Counted from the stretch's first letter, positions 28,753 to 42,958 are shown. The stretch is DNA of 64,000 bases from Eledone cirrhosa (GCA_964016885.1 OZ024743.1:274164001-274228000); one strand, 5' to 3'. Notes: generated from the sequence alone by a model not told the origin. A program made the numbers and translations.

Positions 28753-31104
28753 ATATATATATATAGGAATACAGATATTGGAATAATTAGCAAAAAAATA
28801 GGAATACAGATATTGGAATAATTAGCAAAAAAATTTTAGATAGAGTCATCCCACAAATAAAAAAACACGTTATTTTACCACTCTGGGAAAACACCTCCCA
28901 GGTAATTAACTGGTTTAAAAATATTAGGTGTAAATCTTCTGCTTCTTTCCTACAATTTGATATAGATAATTACTATTCTTCTATATCACCTATACTCCTG
29001 AACAAAGCATTGATATTTGCTAAAAATAGATCTAACTTAACTTTGGATGACATTAACATTATTACACATGCTAGACTAACACTTATTGAATTTCAGAATG
29101 AATACTGGACCAGAAACACATACAGTAATCTTTTTGATATTACTATGGGTTCAAGTGATTCCGCCCAAATTACTGATCTTGTGGGCCTCTTTCTCCTTTT
29201 CAACATAAATGCCTCTTTTCCCCACCTCAAAGGTGGTTTATATCGTGATGACTGTCTTCTTCTTTCTAACAACCTTAGCCTTTCAGAAATTGAAAAAAAC
29301 AAAAAACATATTAGAACTTTCCTTAAAGACTATTATAATCTTAATATTACTTTTGAAAAAACAAGTAAAGTAGTAAATTTCCTAGATATAACTTTAGATT
29401 TAGATACGGGTATCTACCAACCTTACCATAAACCTAACCAAAACTTACATTACATACACTCACAATCTAATCACCCTAAATCTATCCTTAAAAACCTTGC
29501 ATATAATATATCACTTAGAATTTCTAACCTTTCTTCTAACCAAGATGTATTTGATAAAAATGCGACCTTCTATAACGAAGCTCTAGATAGAAGTGGCCAC
29601 AAAAATAGATTAGAGTATATACCTTCTACTAAAAATACTGAAAGCATACAACATAATATTACCAACAAACACCAAATGAAAAGTACACACCTAAATGCCA
29701 CCCACACTATAACCCAAAATACCAAATCTTCTAATATAAAGTATAGTAACTCTCAAAAAACTACTCATCATACAACTCTAATAAATATTAATAATAAAAC
29801 TCCTAATAAAAAAGGATAAAACACCTAAATCTACAAATATAACTAAAAATAGTTGTGGTGAGATCATTAACATTAATCCTCCTAGTAAAAATCACGATAC
29901 AACCTATAAAAATAATAAAAATAATAAGCAACATAGAAACCGTAATAGACAGGTTACTTGGTATAATGCTCCTTTTAATTTACAAGTTAAGGATAATATT
30001 GCTAAAAAATGTTTTTATATCCTTGAGAAAAACTTCCCGCCAAACCACAAATACCATCAAATCTTAAATAGGTCTACAGTTAAATTCTCATACTCTACAA
30101 CAAATAACATAAAACAAAATATAAGTGCATATAATGCATATAAATGTAAGAAAACCATAAGTATACCACCAGTACATCAAATTAACCATAATATCTCCTC
30201 AAATACAGAATTAACGAAAGGATGTAACTGTAGAAACAAAGCAAACTGCCCATTAAAAGGGAATTGTCTTGTTAACAACATAGTCTATAAATGTAATGTT
30301 AAAACTAAAGATTCTATTTGCTCATATATAGGAGCTACCTCTAACAATTTTAAGACAAGGTTTAATACCCACAAGCATAGTTTTTAAAAATGCCGCACTG
30401 GCTAATACAACATCTCTAGCTGAAAAAATCAATAGTTATAAAAATAAGAATATAAAATATGATTTGACCTGGAGTGTGCTCAAAAGAGCCACCCCTTATC
30501 AAAATAATAGAAATGAATGTAGATTATGTTCCCAAGAACTATTTGAAATAATGAAGTCTAAGGATATCTTATTAAATAAACGACAGGAATTAATTATATC
30601 GTGTAATCATAAACTAAAAAAAACATTTAAATATTATAAACCTAATTAACAACATTATTTTAGAAATTAATTTAATTTAAATGTTAGTTAACCTATAAAT
30701 TTAATTTAATTAAAATTTTATTACAGATCAGAATATAAAATATTATGTAATCATAAATTGTGAAAAACCTTTAAATATTACTATTATATACTTAGTAATT
30801 TAATTTATAGATTAATTTTAATTTATTTAAACCTTTTATTATTTTTATTATAATTCTTTTACAGATAAAATATAACAAAATAATATCGTGTATCCAATGA
30901 CAGAGAAATAATTTTTAATATTATTGACCTAATTAATATACATTTTAGAAATATATTTATAATTTGGTTTTACTTTTAATCAACCTAAAAATTTAATTTT
31001 AATTTGCTTAAAATTAGTATCCTTATACAGACGAATTGCAGAATGTCATATAATCATAGAATGGGATGTGTTTTGGATATATACCTAGTTAATATATTCT
31101 ATGC

Positions 31105-32323
31105 AATTTTTTGAAAAAGATATGTATATGTATATGTGTATGTGTATGTGTGTGTGTATGTATATGTGTATATATGTATATATATATATATGTATATATG
31201 TGTGTGTATATATATGTATGTGTGTATGTGTATGTATATGTATATGTATGCGTATTAATTTTGATTTCTATTTGCATATAATTATATTATGCTATTGATA
31301 AAATACAATATCTGCTTTATGTATTGTATACCTAATTAACATATACTATAGAAATAAATATATAATTTTTAATTTAGTTAACCTATAATTTATATTCTAC
31401 TACCGATGTACTACTTTATTTTATTTGTTTTTTTCCCTATTACTAATTTCATTTCCTAATATTGATACCATAACGTTATTAACTTTAATTTAGTTATACT
31501 GTAATTAATACTCTACTACTATTTAACTTCAAAATTCTGCTTCAAATATTATAAACCTAACTAATTTACACCTTAGAAATCAATATGTTAACTATCTTTG
31601 GTTTAGTTAACATATAATTAATGGTATACTTGTTTATTTTGAAATGCATAGATTTTGCCTTAGTTTTTGTTTGTTGTACTTCCTAACACTGAAAATATGT
31701 TAAAAAAAACATACATTGGATAAAGATACGGAAAATATTCTATGTTTCTTGAAACATATATTTACTTTGATCCCCTTCTCCAAACCCCCCATTTCCCCCA
31801 TACTATTATCATCTGTATTTGTAAGCGTCTATGTATGAATATATAGTTAGGTAGGTGTCTATATAGGTTTGGGTATTTATATCTAAATATAAAAATACAT
31901 ATATGCGCATGCAAATATGAATGTATGATTGTGTGTATATATATGAGTGTGAGTATGTATGTATATGTGTGTATATATGCATGTATATATGTATGTGTAT
32001 GTGAATGTGTGTACGTATATGTGTATGTATGTGTATATATGTGTATATATATATGTATATGTGTATATATAGGAATATGTATATGCATATATATATGTAT
32101 ATGTATATGCGTGTGTATGTATGTGTGTGTATGTGTGTTGTATATATATGTATGTCTCTCTATTTATATGTCTATCTCCGTATCTATGTGATATATGTGT
32201 GTGTATGTGCATGTATGCACATATATGTGTTTATGTGTATATATGTGTATGTATGTATATATGTGTGTTTGCATGCACACATATATATATATGTGAGTGT
32301 GTATATGTGTCTGTGTATATGTA

Positions 32324-32362
<39 letters not shown>

Positions 32363-32425
32363 GTGTCTATGTGTGAATATATGTCTATATTCATATATGT
32401 GTGTATATGTGTATGTATGTGTTTG

Positions 32426-32474
<49 letters not shown>

Positions 32475-32493
32475 GTATGTATATATATATATA

Positions 32494-32534
<41 letters not shown>

Positions 32535-32664
32535 ATTTATTATTTTTTATTATTATAATATAACTTATGTGTATGTGTGTATAAGTGAAGTTGTGTATAT
32601 GTATATAATATGTGTATATATAAGTGTAAAAAAATATATATATATGTGCATGTCTGTTTTTTTA

Positions 32665-32698
<34 letters not shown>

Positions 32699-32801
32699 CG
32701 TGTGTATATATATGTATATGTGGGTGTTTGTATGTGTATTTATGGTGGTATGAGTGTGTGAGTATCTATGTGTATATATATATATATATATGTGTATGAG
32801 T

Positions 32802-32879
<78 letters not shown>

Positions 32880-33249
32880 ATGTGTGTATATATATATCTC
32901 TATTAATGCGTGTGTGTATGTATATACATATGCCTTTTTATTATTATTTTTATTTGTATGTCTGAGTTAGGTGAGGTTGTAGTGGTTTTTTATGTATATA
33001 CGCATATATGGATGCGTATGTATTTGTATATATGAGTATAAGTAAGTGCATATGTATGTATGATTATATTTCTAATTCTATGTATGAATATACATGTATA
33101 TATATGTGTGTATGTAAGTTGTGTGTGTATGTATGTATATGTCTATGTGTGTATATATATATATATATGTATATCGATGTACGTATATGTATGTACATGT
33201 ATGTCTATGTATGTGTGTATGTATGTGTATGTATATTTAGGTGTATGTG

Positions 33250-33300
<51 letters not shown>

Positions 33301-33541
33301 ATATATATATGTATATATCTTTATTATTTATTTTTTTTATATATATGTGTATGTGTGTATGTGTTGCGTGTGTGTGTGTGTGTGTATATATATCTTTATA
33401 TATGTGTATGTGTATGTTCGTGTAGATGTATGTGTGTGTATGACTTTATATGTATGTGTGTATGTATGTATGCGTAAATATTTCTATGTGTGTGTACATG
33501 TATGTATGTGTATATATCTGTATGTGTGTGTATGTGTATTT

Positions 33542-33586
<45 letters not shown>

Positions 33587-33611
33587 ATATATATATATAT
33601 GTATATGTATA

Positions 33612-33650
<39 letters not shown>

Positions 33651-34215
33651 ATATGTTTTTCTATTTGTATATGTTTGTGTGTATAGGTATATACCTTTCT
33701 CTTTGTATTTCTATGTTGTGTGATAGTGTAGTGGTGTTGGTATGTATATACTGATATATAGATGCGTAAGTATTTGTCTGTATGTATATATGTAAGTCTG
33801 TATATATTTGTGTGTATATATAGCTATGTATGTGTATATCTGTATGTATATTAGTATGTAAGTGCTGTATATGTGCATGTATGTGTGTGGTTATATATAT
33901 CTGTGTCTGTATAGTATGTGTGATTATATGTATATGTGTGTGTATATGTACGTGTATATACATATATATGTATATATATGTGTGTATATATATATATATA
34001 TGTGTGTGTATATATATATGTATGTATATTTGTATGTATATGTGTATATGTATGTATGTGTGTATATGTATAGGTTTATATATGTGTGTGTATGTATGTT
34101 CTTAGTGTGGATGTGTGTATATGTATGTATGTGTTTATATATGTGTGTATATTTATGTATGGATGTGTGAGTGTCTATGTGTATATATATGTATGGTTTT
34201 ATATGTATATATATA

Positions 34216-34260
<45 letters not shown>

Positions 34261-34280
34261 ATATATGTGTATATGTGTAT
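31105..34280. repeat. About 3.2-kb mosaic (TA)/(TG)/(TATG) low-complexity array
   Basis: Direct observation; the + strand is very C-poor. Confidence 0.95.
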
Positions 34281-34960
34281 ATTTATTTTCTTGATATATT
34301 TCCTTTTTCTTTTTTCTTTTTTCTTTTTTCTGTTTTTTCTGTTTTTCTTTCTATTCTTTCCTCCTTAATGTTTTATTTATTATATTTTATTTACTTTATT
34401 TGTTTATTTTTCTTAGTTTATAGATACATTTATATTAGGCAGTCTGTTCAGACCGTTGAATACTGACCCCTCCCCCCCCTCCCACCTAATTTCTGTATCT
34501 TGATCTGAAAATGTGTGTGCCAGTGTTTTATGTGAGTGAATTAATATCCATGTGCTTATGATTTTATATCCACATATATAAATGTGAGTGGGGGTGTGTG
34601 TGTGTTTGTATGTTCGTGGTTATGTGTATATTTATGCATATACGCGCGTGTATGTGTGATTGTACGGATATGTGTGAGTATGAAAAAATATATTTGTATA
34701 CTTAACTTCATAAGTGTCAATACGTATCTTATTTGTGCATTATAAACTCACAGAGACATTAACCTTGAAATTTTGTATTTGCATCCATCCTTTTAGTATG
34801 CGTATACAAGTTATACATACATTTTTGTAAAATATGTGTAAGGGTTTTACATGTATATACACACACCGAACTGCATTTAACCCTTTGTGTTTTCATTGGT
34901 CAATTTTTGTTCCCAAACGGACCTGAAATTTTGAATTGTTGTTATTATCAATAAATATAC

Positions 34961-35115
34961 TTCATTATTTCTGAAGACGGCGTATATATGTGTTTGGTAT
35001 GTATATTTAATCTTGATAATTTGTATAATTTTGTATAATTTTGTACATAGATCTGTTGAATATGCATACCAATTCTAACACATATATATCCTAGAAACGA
35101 TCGTTAAATAATGAA
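34961..35115 (+). ncRNA. Hammerhead ribozyme motif with 10-bp stem I and 116-nt hairpin stem II
   Basis: TTCATTATTT-CTGAAGA-[long hairpin]-GAAA-CGATCG-TT-AAATAATGAA. Confidence 0.8.
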
Positions 35116-35324
35116 CTTTTTTTGTTTAATATAAGGAATTGTTTATTCATTATTTGTTTAATATTTTATCTTGACTCTGTATACCTTTTATCTCTCACCG
35201 AAAGTGGTTTTTCATTACATCTCTTCTTTCCATGATATCCGGAATACATTGAGTTCTTCATACGGATTGGACACTACCGTAAACTCTTGGTAGTTTTATC
35301 TACATATATATATATATATATATA

Positions 35325-35505
35325 TAAAGAATGAATAATAACAGGTAGACATCATAAAAAGGTAATTTATTCCGTCTGCTTACAAATGTATCCACGGTGG
35401 TACTACAGCCTAGTTATGCTATGTGCAAATTTACTCTACTACCCTAAATATTGAGTACTCTGGTGCGTTATGGTCCATCTGGTTCCTTACCACATTTCCT
35501 TCGTT
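35325..35505. mobile_element. Fused 3' ends of two short PLE-type fragments between (TA)n tracts
   Basis: 35325-35434 matches 21846-21954 (minus orientation). 35433-35503 matches 58243-58312. Confidence 0.85.
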
Positions 35506-35605
35506 ATATATATATATATATATATTTATGTATAAATATATATATATATATATTTATGTATAAATATATATATATATGAATGTATATATATATATATATA
35601 TATAC

Positions 35606-35671
<66 letters not shown>

Positions 35672-35946
35672 ATGTGTGGGGTGTGCGCGTGTGTGTGTGT
35701 GTATGAATATATATATGTATGTACATATATATATATATACTTATATACGTGTGTGTATGTGTGTGGTCGGGGGGTGGAGGGTTCATGTTTCTAAATAGAA
35801 TTTTTCCATCGTCTGTCTATATAAAATCCTACGCCACGAATTTCGGTTAGATCTTTGCCCTTGAATTTAAGCTGACTGATCCGTAATTTTTGCATTTTAA
35901 TCTAGATAGTGGTGTTATAAAAAAACATACATTTTCCCATTTTTCC

Positions 35947-36347
35947 CATTGAGCAGGTGAGCCTAAAAGCCGCTGTTCACTCGAAATTACGTCAGTCGAC
36001 CTTAAATACTGTGTGCGTGTCTCTGATCAAATCATCAGAATACACACATTGTATTTAAGGTCGAGTGACGCAATTTCGAGTGATCACCGACCTTTAGACA
36101 CACATGATCAATGAAACAATTGTTAATACTGTAAATAAAACCCTTTTTGTACAGCCGACCATGTTATTCTTCACTCTTTCACTATTATAACTCCAAGAAT
36201 AACCTACATGGGAATTCTCGTAAACTCGCTACCAAACTAGGAAAACTTCTTGTTGAGTCAAACAACGCTGTACGCTAAAACTATCCATAGTACAGGGTAC
36301 TCACAACCTCTAACTGGATTACCTAAAACGATAACTAGTTATTCCAT
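35947..36347 (+). mobile_element. PLE-type 3' end with an inverted 5' part (palindrome 35947-36113) that splits an HHR
   Basis: Homologous to 53490-53765. GAAACAATTGTT is on + while GTATT-CTGATGA is on -. Confidence 0.75.
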
Positions 36348-36796
36348 ATATATATATATATATATATATGATCAACTGGAATCTAGTTATCTATATAGTT
36401 GACGCCCGAAAGAAAATCTACTCAATATCGAAGTAGTTTTAATATTTATTTTATTAAGGCTAAATACCGAGTCTTGTGACTTTGAAGTTTTGTCTGTTTA
36501 TCACAGGTTCTGGTGACATTTTGATAAACATACGTAATTCCAGATTAACAGGACTCGCTATCTAGTAATAATAAAATGAATATATATTTATATATATATA
36601 TATATATATATAAATTATATGCAACTAGTTCTTTGAGAAAACAGAGGTAAACTTTGTTCCATCATTATGTTTTTCTGGGGGGGGGGGGGTTCTGTTCAAG
36701 TTCAAGCTGTCTGATGAGGTCATAGCTGTTGATGCGAAATAGATATAACAACGAATATGAATAAACGAAGTTAATTTTAACCTGTTGACTTACCCC

Positions 36797-36888
<92 letters not shown>

Positions 36889-37626
36889 TGTATGTATGTA
36901 TGTATGTATGTATCACTATTCATATATATATTTTATTAATAGGGACGTATATCACCTGCATTTAAATGTGTGTGAATGTGAGATGCAATGAAACTATATC
37001 TATGACATTTTTTCTATTTCCAATAACACTATTTTTCTTGGGGACATCTGGTTCTTAGACAATCTATTGACATAGTAACTGTATCAAGATTGACAACAAT
37101 AGCAGCCACACTAACACCAATAACAACACATTCCGATTCCGATATAAGTACTGACAAAACGTTAAGTTCTTCTTTCATTGTAAAGACATTATTCTTTTCC
37201 ATAATATTAAAGATAAGAAAAAAACAGTAAGAGAACCAATCATCCGTAAAGTAGGATACTGAACGGAACTGACTGGAAGAAGTCCAAATATGATGACTTA
37301 TTGTGATGAAAGAAGAAATCTATCATATAAATATGTAACAGTATGGTGGAAATTCTAAATTACACTGGCTCCTTATGTGAGGAAGTAAAAAAGTGTAGCT
37401 TCTTTAGTTTTATTTATGTATGATTATACGTACATGTGTGGGAATTTATGCATGAGCTTGTGTGCGTGAGATGCTTGTTATTTGCTAGGGGGCGGGGCAC
37501 TAGTTGGGTACGTCTTCAACCATGCTTGAACGTGTGTTTATGCAAGAAAACAATTGTATTTAATTCTTAGATATACCACAAACGAAACACTATACATATA
37601 TTTACGTGTGTATACAAAGATATAAG

Positions 37627-37694
<68 letters not shown>

Positions 37695-40600
37695 TGTGTG
37701 TGTGTGTGTGTGTGTGTGAAGTTAAATATTCATCTGTGTGTGTGTAGATATATACATATGTGTGCGTGTGTGAATGTGTGTATTTGTAAGTATTTGTTTG
37801 TTTGATATAAGAAACAATCAACGTAATGACTTGAGAAATGATGTGCTTCTAACTTCTTATTTGTTATTCATTGTAGATATTGCTTAGAAGGTGTATTTGG
37901 CGATATTGTTTGAAGGATTCACTGATATGAGGTAGTAAGAAGAATAAGGATAGTATCAAAGATAATAATAATGATGCTATTATTATTATTAGATATAAGA
38001 AGTAATAAGAAAATTGTAAATATTATTAATATATAGACATTGTGCGTCAGATATATTAACGAAACGGTGAAGAGTGGTAGTTATCCAGTGATCGAAGTTG
38101 AAATGAAAAATAGACTTTTTTCTGTCTATTCATGCTCTGAGTTCAAAGATTGCTTCCTATAAATTCGGCTTTTATCCATTCAAATTTATTGGTATGGTTA
38201 CTGCCATCGATATCTTACAGTACCGTTTACCTAATTAAGACGAAAATATGGAATATGATATAATAAACTTTAGATGTCATTGAACTTGACTCAAAGAGTA
38301 GAGATACCTTTAAAATATTCCATATATTTCTTCCTAGTTAGAATCCTTCTTACATCAACATTATTTTTAGTATAATTTTGTTATCTGTTTTGTTGTCTTC
38401 TTTTTCTTTTTCCTTTTTTTTGTATCACACCGTTAGGATGGAAGCGTAATTTCAGAAACTGATGAAGAAGAAAGTTTTATCATCTAGTCAGAGCCATAGT
38501 CCAAATACTTACAACATCGTGGAATCTGCTTAATGCCTACTTGAAGTATGTTGTGGTATTAAATGGGGCAGCTGATTAAATATACTATCTAGGAAGCTAT
38601 GAGAACGGAAAAAGTCGTACTGCAAGTTCTAATGAACCTAGCCGTCTACCTACCTAGATTGCTACTCTATTTATCGATCCTGAAAGGAAGAAAAATAATG
38701 TTAACGTTACTAGGGTTTGTAATTGGAATACAAAGCATTAACCCTTCAAAGAATTTCGTCAAACGCTCTAAAACTTATACCAATTCGCCGCCTCATTTAA
38801 TATAAATTATATGCAATTAGTTCTTTGAAAATATTTGACAATCATACAGTAATGGTGTTGATTCGATCAACTTAAGACCTTCTCGTTAAGGTTTTAAATT
38901 GTCCTTATTTCCTTGTTTGTTGTGATTATGCCTTCTGTCTTACATCAACTGTCTCATGATTGTTCCCTCAGTACCTACGATGAGGTACAGATCCGAATAG
39001 ACCTGCTGCACGTCCGTGGTTTAATAGGGCGTGTTTATACATACAGAACCGCCCTTGTTTTATATCATGTTTAGGTACGTTGGACAGTGATCACCTTTAC
39101 GTACTTTTCCTGAAATGTAAATAGGAACCAAAGATCAATGTCCTCCGATTGAAACACCGGTAGGATCAACATGATGTCAGAGAAACTGTGAACATTCAAA
39201 TCACTGGAGTAAGACATTGAAAGAGACGTGGAGTCTAATAATTATACTCATTGCAAGATATCGGGCAGTTCAATTGAAATATTTATGATAAAGCGTTACG
39301 TCCGTTGATCTACTGTTTCCCGGAATCCATAACCATATATTTCTCTGAAAATTGATATTAATACCTGATTTTGTGAATTGTGACTGACGAAGGTAGAAAT
39401 ATTGATTGTATGTTCAGTTTACGGAATCAGTATTTGAGAAGATATCAAACTGTTCATATTTGTACGATTAATACTGTAAAATATCTTAATAGGTTTATCT
39501 CTGAGAAATAATCAACACTCGAAAAGCTACCTCATTTACTGTCTTTGGAAATAGATAGCCATACTAGATTTAACTATTATCATTCTGTAATGATTGGCCA
39601 GAAAATTCCTAAAAACTTTTGTTGATTAAAATGTGTATAGTATACTTACTAGCGGACACATCATTCTAAAAATGTTCAGTATTACCATAAAGACTTCAGT
39701 CTTTTATGTGATGCAGTCCTAGTGATGATTTATATATTTTCGTGAAAGTATGGTGAATATTGTTTTATGCAGCATATGACGTTGAGTTAAACAGTCTTCA
39801 ATTTTCATAGCTTTTCGTTTTGTACCGAAAAGGAATAATACATGACGGGCCAATAAGGTAACATCTAAACTGCAAGAAATAGGAGCCAGATCTCAAATCA
39901 CACACCCACACCTTTAGAAAAGGAAACATTGGATAATATTGTCCTTGATTTTCTGCAAATAGGAAAGAAACAGAATAGCCATACATGTGTATTCCTTTGA
40001 TCGTAGGTCATCCGGAGCAAGACTAATCTGAGCCTTATCTAAACAACGAGAAGCACAATCTGTTCTTAATCATAGAATTAGAAATGATAAATTCGCATCA
40101 TGCTTAGTCGATTCTCAGCAGTTCAACTCCTATGTGCTGGATTCTACTAGTTGTTAACTTACTTAAATCTGAAGTAGCTAAATTCACGTTGTTCTAATAG
40201 CTACCAGAGGTTTTGAAATATGGAAATATTTAAATTACATGTTCTCTTACCTGGTAAAACGTATCAAAATTTATGTCAACTTAATGTCACGTATGTGCTA
40301 ACATATTTAATTTAGTGGGTCAAAGCATGTTAATTAATTCAAATTACACATGTATTAAAGAACGAAAATCATTATCTGAATTATTAATTATGGTCGGTGA
40401 AGAAACACGGGGGGAGAAAACCTCGACATTGAATAAAATGTAACTTAATTAGAAATAGAATGCAATGGAAGTGGGTCTGATCTTTGGCAGCAGCCTTGGC
40501 ACACTACACGAAGTCACTTTTTACAGTCATATCTTAAAGAGACCCAATATCCCTATTATTTCTTATAGTATAAATATTCAACACATTGTAGCGTTACTAG

Positions 40601-41164
40601 ATACAAAACCAAACATATATCCATTATTGAAACGTACGTAATAATATTCATTAACTATTGTTGCATAGACTTATTCTAGTATCATGCACAGTATTGTTTG
40701 ATATAGTCGTCCATTTCCGACTGAATGCCAAATGTTATTATTCCTATAAAGAAAAAAGATTTATTATTTGGCAAAAAATGAAGTGTTGTGTGCCTTTTCT
40801 TTTGATGTTTCCGTTTTAGACAAGAACGTATTCTTGCGGTAATTAATCTTAATGGGTGCCAATTGATTGTTGATTAGATGTTATTTTTGGTGTTTCTGGC
40901 ACACACAGCTTATATTTCTTAAGAATTAATAAATATTTTGATCCACAGTAAAGTAGAGAAAAACTAAACAATAGACGCTGTGCGGGAATTTGTGAAATAG
41001 CCCGATTAATATATTCTTTAACGCCTTCAATAGTTTTTCCATTACGCTTTTCCGAATCTTAAGTACTTTTTGCCATTTCTGCAAACTATAATTTCGAGGT
41101 CTATAAAAAGTGATTTTTTTAAATTTTGAATAGAAGACGGATGGATTCATAATAAAAATTTGGT

Positions 41165-41440
41165 AGAATTTCGTTCAAGAATCTCCGAAATGTGGTTAGA
41201 ATGTCTCACGAAAGAATCATCGCTGGAGAGATTTTACGGGCGAAACCAACAGGTAGGAGACCCAAGGGTAGACACCGAGCAAGATGGTTGGATAACATCC
41301 ATGAGCTTGGCTGGTCACGCTTGGGGATCCAGCCGGATCAGTTGGAGATGGTTGCTTCAGACAGGACCTGCTGGAGGGAGTGTTTGAGGACTCGGCACCA
41401 TTGACCCTCTCAGGAATAAGTGGATGAAGAAAAGAAGAAC
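41165..41440 (+). mobile_element. RTE LINE 3' end
   Basis: VVRMSHERI...KPTGRRPKGRHRARWLDNI. Homologous to 47590-47840. Confidence 0.85.
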
Positions 41441-41507
41441 CTCTGAAATCAAAATCACATAAACGTACCTTATCTAAACAACCCTTTCGATTTAACATTA
41501 TATTTCG

Positions 41508-41690
41508 GGGGTGGTGAGTTTGCAATAACTGAAGAGGGTCGGACACCATGCTTTGTTACGGCCCTTTACGGTCTGAGTTCAAATCCCGCCGAGATAAACT
41601 TTGCCATTCTACCTTAGGAGGTCGATAAAATAAATCACCAGTAATGCACTGGGATAATTGGTGACCTTGTGCCATAAGAAGAAACAATTA
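41508..41690 (+). mobile_element. tRNA-derived SINE (family of 4085)
   Basis: B box GAGTTCAAATCC and shared body. Confidence 0.85.
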
Positions 41691-42339
41691 TATTTCGAGG
41701 TAGATAGGATGGGTTAGATATTTCAGTAACGTGTGTATGCCGTGATCATTGCTGGCTTCTATTGGGATAAAATGTGATACTTTTATTAACCTAATTGTTA
41801 TCATTTCACGATACTTTCATTAAAATCCAAAAATAAAGTAGTTAAAACGTAAGAACAAAACTGAGTATGTAAGTCTTATCGTTGTTATGATGGATTGTTA
41901 GATTATCTCGTCGTGCATAAATAGAAGAAATCAACCTTTCGGTACAAACATTTAAATCAGCTCTGATAATACATTTGTTCGTCCCTTTATGAAACTTCTC
42001 AATGTAGATGGATAGCCAATTGACTAGGAGCGTTAAACACCAATCATGTATTAGAGAACGATATAAGTTACACCTCTCCACAAAATCTGTGAACTTGTGC
42101 CCCTAGAGGAAATATATATTATGAGGTTTAATAATATCTAAATGATTCACCATACTTAAATACGTCAGTCTGCGTTTTGAGTTCAAACTCCAACGAGTAG
42201 ACTTTATTTTGCAGTAGGCCTCTTCGTTGTAACACAACCAGCGAGACAAAATCGAAATCTTTCTAAAATCACATTATTCTATCTAACATAGCCCCATTAA
42301 AGGCCATGATCGTAATAGTTGAAATTATTTTCATATTCA

Positions 42340-42406
<67 letters not shown>

Positions 42407-42739
42407 ATCAATGTGCTGTTAAGTTCTGCAGAACATGATACAGCTTCTTAGTGTAACTGTTAGTTCTTTATATTTGGACAACATTTTTCATTTCTTTCAA
42501 AGATATATTGTTGGCTAGTGATACTGATCCATATATTAGGAAGCGTTTAGCCTGGATGTATTTAATAATAATTATTCGGGGAGATTTATCTTAATCGCTT
42601 TGTCTGTAGATTTGAATTAACATGTCATAGAATAAATATTTTTCATTATCTAAAACATACGGAGTTTTTCTGCATACCCTAAAATATTTTTTAATTTTGT
42701 CATATTTGTGATTATTCGTATTATCACCACTTCTAGTAG

Positions 42740-42958
42740 TGTGGTGGATTGGCAGTATCGACAGAGCGTCAGATATTATGCTTTGCGGTATATAGTTGCG
42801 ACCCTTTACATTCAGAGTTTAAATGCCTCCGATGTTACCTTTGCCTTCCAACCTTACTGGGTCGATAAAATAAAGCATCAGTAACGTACTGGGTCGGTTT
42901 AATCGACTTTCTCCTCCCCAAATATTGTTGGCCTTATGCCTAAATCAGAAACCATTAT
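42740..42958 (+). mobile_element. tRNA-derived SINE (family of 4085), diverged
   Basis: TGGCAGTATCG head and GTCGATAAAATAAAG body. Confidence 0.8.

Larger units (their letters stand above)
28764..35300 (+). mobile_element. 5'-truncated PLE of a second clade (YRDD RT, GIY-YIG) with frameshifts and a very long putative 3' UTR
   Basis: GIISKKILD, WENTSQVINWF, FDIDNYYSSI, MGSSDSAQITDLVG, GLYRDD, NFLD, TWYNAPF, CNCRNKANCPLKGNCL, YIGAT, CRLCSQE. Frameshifts near 29810 and 30385. Terminal HHR at 34961-35115. The extent beyond 30649 is inferred. Confidence 0.8.

Noticed and set aside
29800-29820. Frameshift in the second PLE as another programmed event
   Set aside because: It is a +1 shift at an A-run without a phased heptamer, in a truncated copy with a further frameshift near 30385.
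36706-36750. CTGATGA...GAAA hammerhead-like motif (similar weak ones near 510-552 and 3805-3830)
   Set aside because: The stems pair poorly; possibly decayed HHRs, but not supportable individually.
36950-41100. Repeat-poor stretch that might hold host exons
   Set aside because: No long ORF or recognisable protein motif; small exons cannot be excluded without RNA data.
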